Program-made: the position numbers and the translations under genes | Notes under the pieces: generated by a model | Databases searched by the model: none | What the model was told of the DNA's origin: nothing | Seen by the model: only the letters and a program-made list of their open reading frames with translations | Shown here: positions 57,992 through 64,000 of the stretch, in pieces | Position numbering within the stretch: position 1 is the first letter of the stretch | Layout: the number at the start of each line of letters is the position of its first letter | Source of the DNA: Synergistales bacterium | GTDB lineage: Bacteria; Synergistota; Synergistia; Synergistales; JAFGMB01 | Assembly (NCBI GenBank): GCA_963666205.1 | Contig: OY762654.1 | Span: forward strand, 1,440,001-1,504,000 | Length of the DNA: 64,000 nucleotides | Direction: 5' to 3'

Positions 57992-59221
57992 TCACATCTG
58001 CTTACGCAGAGGAGTTGCAGCTGACTTCTCCTCCATGGCCAGAATATCCATGATCTCGTCGGCATAATGTCCTTTACTTAACAGCTCCGCCATTATCTGC
58101 ATGGGCTGTGCAGTATGGACAAAAAATGCCTTCAGCCCCGAACAGAGCCAGTTGAGGCCTGGCTCTCCATCAGGTGTTTTCAGTACCCGGTTCTTGGGAC
58201 ATTCACCATTACAGGCGAAGAGGTATTCGCACTCCCGGCAGTACCTGGGAAGGGTGTCAGATTTAGCTCTGCCGAAGGCTGCCTGTTTCTCCGACCGCAC
58301 CAGTTCTCCCACAGGGGTTTCTGTGATATTACCAAGGAGATGGGCAGGTTCAACGAAATGATCGCAGGAATAGACGTCACCGTTGTGTTCAAGGGCGACC
58401 CCGTCGCCGCAGGTGGGACGGAATATGCATATGGATGAATACCCTCTGATCCATGAAGCTACGGTGGCATCGAACATCTGGATGAACATGCTGCCCACGT
58501 CATTTCTTACCCATTCGTCAAAGATTGTGTTAAGGAACCTGCCGTACTGGTCAGGGTCCACAGTCCGGTCCGTAAGTTTCGTGCCTTCCTGGTTTCCGGT
58601 TTCATTGTCCCTTTCGACAATGGGGATGAACTGGAGGTAGGGGGTCTTCATCTCGTCGCGGAAGAAATGGTAGACCTCCAGGGGATGTCTGCTGTTGGCA
58701 GAATTCACAGTGCAAAGGATGTTGAACTCCACACCCCATTCCTGCATCAGCCTGGCAGCCTTGACCACCCTTTTGAAAACGCTCTTTCCAGCCTTGTCCA
58801 GACGGTACATGTCGTGGAATTTTCTGGGTCCATCCAGGCTCAGCCCCACCAGAAAATTGTTTTCTTTCAGAAACCGGCACCATTCTTCGTCTATGAGGGT
58901 GCCGTTTGTCTGGATGGTATTTTCGAAGGTCATGCCGGGCCTGGCATACTTCTTTTCCACTTCCATGGCCCTGCGGTAGAAGTCCACTCCCATAAGGGTG
59001 GGCTCACCTCCCTGCCAGGCGATGGTCACCCGGGGGATCCGGTGAGCCTCGATGGTCTGTCTTATGTACATCTCCATGAGTTCATCGGACATGGTGAAAT
59101 CGCTTCCCGGGTAAAGGTTCGCCTTCTTCAGAAAGAAACAGTAGGCACAGTTCATATTGCATCTTGCTCCTGTAGGTTTTGCCATCACGTGAAAAGCAGG
59201 ACGTTCATCGGGTTTTACCAT
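57992..59221 (-). CDS. Anaerobic sulfatase-maturating radical SAM/SPASM enzyme
   Basis: CNMNCAYC, WQGGEP, CDHFV, CRECEY..CNGECP. Confidence 0.93.
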   Translation of the reverse strand: MVKPDERPAFHVMAKPTGARCNMNCAYCFFLKKANLYPGSDFTMSDELMEMYIRQTIEAHRIPRVTIAWQGGEPTLMGVDFYRRAMEVEKKYARPGMTFENTIQTNGTLIDEEWCRFLKENNFLVGLSLDGPRKFHDMYRLDKAGKSVFKRVVKAARLMQEWGVEFNILCTVNSANSRHPLEVYHFFRDEMKTPYLQFIPIVERDNETGNQEGTKLTDRTVDPDQYGRFLNTIFDEWVRNDVGSMFIQMFDATVASWIRGYSSICIFRPTCGDGVALEHNGDVYSCDHFVEPAHLLGNITETPVGELVRSEKQAAFGRAKSDTLPRYCRECEYLFACNGECPKNRVLKTPDGEPGLNWLCSGLKAFFVHTAQPMQIMAELLSKGHYADEIMDILAMEEKSAATPLRKQM

Positions 59222-59618
59222 GGGAGGCCTCCTTTTTTCTCATGATCCCTGAAAAGATCCTGTTGGATATTCCTCTGGAAAAGGAATAGGGAACCCCCAT
59301 TATGAAAGTTCCTACAAGAAGAGCTGGAAGGGGCCGGATATGTTTGAATATCAGATACTGGGCTATGGCATCCAGCGCTATCCCCACTATTACAGGGGTA
59401 AACAGTGAATGAAGGGCATTTCGGAACTGTCTTCGATAATGTTCTTTTTTGAAGATAACGTTGTATATGAATGGAGGCGTCCCCGCCTTCGCATCAAGCC
59501 TTCCGTCACGGATCCCGAGTATCACTGCCACCATGGGCTGTATAATAAACCTGAAACTCATGGGACCGGCTATCCGGGCGACCATATCATCCAGAAACTC
59601 ACTCGAGAAAATATACAT
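59205..59618 (-). CDS. Hypothetical membrane protein
   Basis: Three hydrophobic segments; overlaps the maturase start. Confidence 0.7.
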   Translation of the reverse strand: MYIFSSEFLDDMVARIAGPMSFRFIIQPMVAVILGIRDGRLDAKAGTPPFIYNVIFKKEHYRRQFRNALHSLFTPVIVGIALDAIAQYLIFKHIRPLPALLVGTFIMGVPYSFSRGISNRIFSGIMRKKEASHGKTR

Positions 59619-60398
59619 TCATGGATCACCCCTCTGAAAAAGAAGCAATAGTATGGCAGTATATAAAACTGCCCCTGAGAGGAAAGCCCAGAACTTGCTC
59701 TCCTCCCGTTTGGGAAGTTCGATTATCATGGTGTTCATGATCACCGCACCGGCAATAAAAGCTCCCAGGGTAACCAGAAAAGGAAGGGGCAGTACGATGA
59801 TTTTGTAACAGCCCCAGCCCGCAAGAGGTGCCAGAGCAAGCAGATTTTTACCCTTACGGCTATAGAAAACCCCATAGTCCATGAGAAGATAAAAGTCCAC
59901 GAGTATAAAATGAGAACTCATGGCTACGATATAGAGAACCAGCGGAACAGCACCTTCACGAATCTGGAATCCGAGGAGATAGGTTATGAGCCAGGAATAA
60001 AGAAAGAACTCGGAAACAGCTATATACAAACCTTTCCGGACTCCTCCCGGCTCTTTGACATCAGATGGCGGCTTACTGTCCGATAGTCTGCTGGAGGTAG
60101 CCCAGTGATATAGACCGTAGGAAATAATAAATCCGGCCAGTGTCGCAAGGTAGATCCGGTGTTCACCAAAAGGATAACCCAGACCTTCGGAACTCTGGAG
60201 AAAGAGTTTCCTGGCATGTTCGAGCTCGGGCAGAAGCTCCGCAAAGATATAGGCAACAGATATCCCTCCCGCAAAGGAAAGAAACCTTCGATAATATCTC
60301 TCTCCCCTTCTGGGGAAATGGATCTTCACCCCGAAGTAGAAAATACCGGAAAAGATCAGTGCTACCAGAAGGAGCTGAATATCATTCGCATTTTCCAT
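59619..60398 (-). CDS. Multi-pass membrane protein (ZIP-like)
   Basis: About 8 TM segments, SFAGG.SVAY.F..LLPEL, ELP. Confidence 0.65.
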   Translation of the reverse strand: MENANDIQLLLVALIFSGIFYFGVKIHFPRRGERYYRRFLSFAGGISVAYIFAELLPELEHARKLFLQSSEGLGYPFGEHRIYLATLAGFIISYGLYHWATSSRLSDSKPPSDVKEPGGVRKGLYIAVSEFFLYSWLITYLLGFQIREGAVPLVLYIVAMSSHFILVDFYLLMDYGVFYSRKGKNLLALAPLAGWGCYKIIVLPLPFLVTLGAFIAGAVIMNTMIIELPKREESKFWAFLSGAVLYTAILLLLFQRGDP

Positions 60399-60404
60399 GA
60401 TCTA

Positions 60405-60812
60405 TCAGAAAACCTCTCTGTTCATCAGTATTGTGATAAAAAGGAAAAGCCCCATGATCCCTATAAGACTGGCCAGAACCACCGGGAATTTACGCATCTG
60501 GGCTCCATAAGACTTCAGCTGGGAAATGATATCCCTGTATTCCAGTAACCCCAGAACAAGACATGCTGTCCCCAGCCCGATGAGAAAAAGACCAATATTT
60601 CTGGGACCATAGGTCCTGATAGTCACCTCTGTCAGATCTTCCTTCACATACTGGAGAAACTTGTAAATGGTAAAACCAAAACTGATCATGGAGAGACCCG
60701 TCCGTATCCAGGCCATGAGAGATCGCTCAGCTGCCAGGATGGTTCTCTCCGCGGCAAGGAGCGTCCGTTTCTGTGCCAACCTGTCCGATAATTTCAGTTC
60801 GTCTTCAGCCAT
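60405..60812 (-). CDS. DUF202/YidH membrane protein
   Basis: LAAERSLMAWIRT motif. Confidence 0.88.
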   Translation of the reverse strand: MAEDELKLSDRLAQKRTLLAAERTILAAERSLMAWIRTGLSMISFGFTIYKFLQYVKEDLTEVTIRTYGPRNIGLFLIGLGTACLVLGLLEYRDIISQLKSYGAQMRKFPVVLASLIGIMGLFLFITILMNREVF

Positions 60813-61244
60813 ATTTGATCTCCTTTCGCACTTCACTCATTGATATGAAATAAAGGGAAAACATAATGGGCAAAATATGCTTCGATAACTGAAAAGGGAT
60901 GTGATCCGGAAATTAAAACCAGCAAAAGAGGAAGGGAAAAACAGCAAATGAACAGAAAATGAGCAAAAAACGATCTAAGACCAACTCTTTACTTATCTGC
61001 TACGTTGTTTTATTATATTAGTGGTTTGTCTAATTCATGTCAAATATTAACTTAATATGAAGATTTCTCTTTTCTCATTCCCCTTCAGAACGTCCATTCC
61101 GGTAAACATATCTTCAGAACGATCTTAATATCCCAAAACTATTTTCATGGACATTATGCAGTTTACAGCCTGATCAGTTCTTCACAGGAAGACAGAAGCT
61201 CTATGGGCAAGCAGGCAGATCCTGGGTAAAGAGAGATAAGTACC

Positions 61245-61385
61245 ATGAAGTTCACAAAGGAAAACCTGAAAATTAATGGCGACGGGTCCTTCGACATTTC
61301 ATTTGGTCCGCAGGGACCTGCAAACAAAGAGGATAACTGGATCCAGACCATTCCCGGCAAAGGATGGAATAATTCAGGTTCCTGA
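61245..61385 (+). pseudogene. Remnant of a DUF1214(/DUF1254) gene
   Basis: Hand translation LKINGDGSFDISFGPQGPANKEDNWIQTIPGKGW matches the DUF1214 C-terminal pattern; only 46 codons open. Confidence 0.65.
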
Positions 61386-61397
61386 GGGAGGTTCTTT

Positions 61398-62567
61398 ATG
61401 GAAAAGAAAAAATATCAGGACCATTTATTTACATCCCTGTTGAGACCATTTCTTTCATTGATCCTGATCTCATTACTGATCCTTTTACTGAGTATTATCA
61501 GTTACCCGGATAATGCCATCCATGCAATTGAACAGACTCTAGAGGAAGAAACCGCCGAAAAAGCAGCTGAAAAAGCCGTAGAAAAAGCCGCTGAAAAGGC
61601 GGAAGAAGAGGAAGCTGAAAAGGCAGAACTTACAGCCAGGCGTCCTGGCGAATGGAGAGGTCCCACAAAGATCTACTTCCTTATTTTTATTCTTGATATC
61701 GATGAAATAGATGATGCCAACCAGAATTTTATGGCTAATGTCTATCTTCAACTTCGCTGGCAGGACGAACGCCTTGTTAACCCAGGCGGAACTACCCGTC
61801 AGATACCCATGGAAGATATCTGGAATCCCAGGATCCTCATATCCAATCGACAGGGCCTTGTTTCGAGGTCCCTTCCCGAAGTTGCCCAGGTCAATTCTGA
61901 CGGAACTGTATACTATCGTCAGCGATACAGCGGCAGACTGTCTCAACCACTCACTTTAAAGGACTTCCCCAGGGACAGCCATACCTTCAACATCCATTTT
62001 GTGGCAGCCGGTTATCCTGCAAAGGAACTTGATTTTATCCCCGATGAAATGGGCACTTTTGTCGGAGGATCCATGGCAAAGGAACTTTCTCTCCCCGACT
62101 GGGAGATTCTCAAATATGAAGCTCTTAATCTTCCCTACAAACCAATTGAAGGAATAAGCACTGCAGGCTGTGCCTTCCGTTTTGAAGCGAAGAGGTACTC
62201 CATCTATTATCTATGGCAGGTAGTATTGCCCCTCGCTATTGTTGTATTCATGTCCTGGGCAGCCTTCTGGGTAGGACCTGAACATGTGGGTGTGAGAATA
62301 GGTATTGCAACCAGTTCAGTTCTGACACTCATAGCGAACCGCTTTCTCCTGGCAAGTCTTCTTCCCCGTCTCCCCTATATGACACGGCTGGACTATTTTA
62401 CGGTGGGGAGTACTATCCTTGTGTTTCTGGCTCTTGTCACTGTGATAATGACAGCCTTTCTTGTGGAGCAGCAGAAAGAAGAAGGAACCCGAAAGATCGA
62501 TATGGCAGCCCGTTTGGTCTTTCCAGCAGTCTATCTTGCTTTTTTTAGCTGGTTTATTTTTGCGTGA
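61398..62567 (+). CDS. Prokaryotic pentameric ligand-gated ion channel (GLIC/ELIC-like)
   Basis: WQDERL, IWNP, FPRD Pro-loop, R..YYLW pre-M1, four TM helices, LPRLPYMT M2-M3 loop. Confidence 0.85.
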   Translation: MEKKKYQDHLFTSLLRPFLSLILISLLILLLSIISYPDNAIHAIEQTLEEETAEKAAEKAVEKAAEKAEEEEAEKAELTARRPGEWRGPTKIYFLIFILDIDEIDDANQNFMANVYLQLRWQDERLVNPGGTTRQIPMEDIWNPRILISNRQGLVSRSLPEVAQVNSDGTVYYRQRYSGRLSQPLTLKDFPRDSHTFNIHFVAAGYPAKELDFIPDEMGTFVGGSMAKELSLPDWEILKYEALNLPYKPIEGISTAGCAFRFEAKRYSIYYLWQVVLPLAIVVFMSWAAFWVGPEHVGVRIGIATSSVLTLIANRFLLASLLPRLPYMTRLDYFTVGSTILVFLALVTVIMTAFLVEQQKEEGTRKIDMAARLVFPAVYLAFFSWFIFA

Positions 62568-62651
62568 ATCAACAGAAGTGAATTCAGTTCATAAATTTTA
62601 CAGGTACTATTCCAGGACAAAATATAGAGATTAATAAAGGAGGGAAAAGTA

Positions 62652-63407
62652 ATGAAGAAAAAAGCCATGATCCTAGCCTTGGTGATCTGCATATCACTGG
62701 TTCCACTTTCAGTCCAGGCTTCAACCCGGGATAACGCCTGGAAATACTCCTTTTCTCCCTATTTGTGGTTCGCCGGAACGGACGGAAATATAACTGCAGG
62801 AGGAGAGACCTACCCGGTGGATATGAGTTTCAGCGATGTACTTGATGACCTTGACTTGGCCATGATGTTCCGTTTTGAAGGGTGGAAGGCCAAATGGGGA
62901 TACTACCTGGAAACATTTTTTATAGATACCACTTCCAGGTTTACTACTAATGGAACTCTTCTGCTCAAAGTAGATGTTGATATGTGGATAATCGACCTGG
63001 GAGCCGGTTACAGGATGCATGAATTTACCACAGAAAAAGGCCTTCCCGGGACCTTCGATCTTCTCGCCGGCATCAGATATTACGATTCAAGTACGGATCT
63101 CTTCGAAATTGAAGCAGGCAATTTCTCTTCAGGAACTGACTGGACAGATTTCGTGATCGGCGGAAGGCTTTCCTATCCCCTTTCAGAACAGTGGATATTC
63201 CGTTTAAGGGGAGACCTGGCTTTCGGCGGTTCTGACCTCACATGGAACGCCGTCGCAGCCTTTGATTACAAATGGAAAGAAAACTGGTCCCTGCTTATAG
63301 GTTACAGGATCCTTGATATCGACTATGAAGACGGAAGCGGAGCTAACAGAAAGGCCTTCGACCTTCAGATGGACGGACCTGCTTTGGCGCTGACATATAG
63401 CTGGTGA
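62652..63407 (+). CDS. Putative outer-membrane beta-barrel protein
   Basis: Signal peptide, PYLW, GYR...DY, C-terminal LTYSW. Confidence 0.75.
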   Translation: MKKKAMILALVICISLVPLSVQASTRDNAWKYSFSPYLWFAGTDGNITAGGETYPVDMSFSDVLDDLDLAMMFRFEGWKAKWGYYLETFFIDTTSRFTTNGTLLLKVDVDMWIIDLGAGYRMHEFTTEKGLPGTFDLLAGIRYYDSSTDLFEIEAGNFSSGTDWTDFVIGGRLSYPLSEQWIFRLRGDLAFGGSDLTWNAVAAFDYKWKENWSLLIGYRILDIDYEDGSGANRKAFDLQMDGPALALTYSW

Positions 63408-63439
63408 TGGTGCAACAAATATTAAAGGAGATGATCTGA

Positions 63440-64000
63440 ATGGTAAGGTTTATTCAAAAATCCTTTCCAGAATTTATCATCGTAATATTTGTCCTTATTT
63501 TTCTTTGCTCTTCATCGGCTGCCGATACCGATCCCGGTGAACTGGCCAGGAAAGCACAGAATCCCGTTGCAAACATGATCAGTGTCCCCTTTCAGTATAA
63601 TCTTTCACCACAGACCGGCCCTTATGAAAGGCCTTTACACATACTGAACATCCAGCCTGTTATACCCTTTCCACTGGATGAAAACTGGAATGTCATAACT
63701 CGAACTATTATCCCGGTAATAAGTCAGCCCCAATTCATCTCCGGGCAGGGGCGGGAAACAGGACTGGGAGATATTAATATGACTTTTTTCTTCTCTCCCA
63801 GGAAGGTGGAGAAGCTTATCTGGGGTATTGGCCCTGTCTTTCAGTTTCCAACAGCAACGGATGACCGGCTGGGAACGGATAAGTGGTGCGCCGGAATAGC
63901 AGGAGTGGCCCTCAAGATGAAGGGTCCCTGGGTCTATGGTGCTCTGATAAATAACATATGGTCCTTTGCTGGAGATGATGACCGGGATGATGTAAACCAG
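63440..64000 (+). CDS. Putative outer-membrane channel (QNPVA/QPVIP family), runs off window
   Basis: Hand-translated: signal peptide, ELARKAQNPVANMISVPFQ, NIQPVIP, GLGD, PTATD..LG..KW. Confidence 0.75.
   Translation, partial: MVRFIQKSFPEFIIVIFVLIFLCSSSAADTDPGELARKAQNPVANMISVPFQYNLSPQTGPYERPLHILNIQPVIPFPLDENWNVITRTIIPVISQPQFISGQGRETGLGDINMTFFFSPRKVEKLIWGIGPVFQFPTATDDRLGTDKWCAGIAGVALKMKGPWVYGALINNIWSFAGDDDRDDVNQ

Noticed and set aside
1-64000. CRISPR array, tRNA, rRNA or intact transposase
   Set aside because: No regularly spaced repeats, cloverleaf or rRNA signatures, or DDE/HUH transposase ORFs were seen

Overview
64 kb of chromosome from a diderm, anaerobic, selenocysteine-using bacterium. 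The gene content (TRAP/TTT transporters, AOR, pxp genes, outer-membrane barrels) suggests Synergistota, but that is inference. The window holds: an AT-rich accessory left end; a complete aromatic amino-acid biosynthesis cluster (tyrA, pheC-like, aroF-aroA-aroE-aroC-aroKB-aroQ-CM); an adjacent LacI-controlled TTT transporter with a divergent second aroA; TRAP systems; a CoA-persulfide reductase; pxpBCA; an RpiR regulon (TRAP + AOR + OCD-like enzyme); and a sulfatase island with a pentameric ligand-gated ion channel. The main signals not resolved by the ORF track are four. (1) Three related leader-peptide attenuators with Phe/Tyr/Trp control codons, one of them orphaned. (2) Two tandem, independently promoted and terminated ~265-300 nt structured non-coding units with C-rich loops and shared motifs (38.2-38.9 kb). 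(3) Two split ORFs that are probably UGA-readthrough selenoproteins: an ArsM-like methyltransferase and a signal-peptide-bearing Tpx lacking the resolving Cys. (4) A duplicated promoter/operator that defines the RpiR regulon. No rRNA, tRNA, CRISPR array or intact IS was seen.
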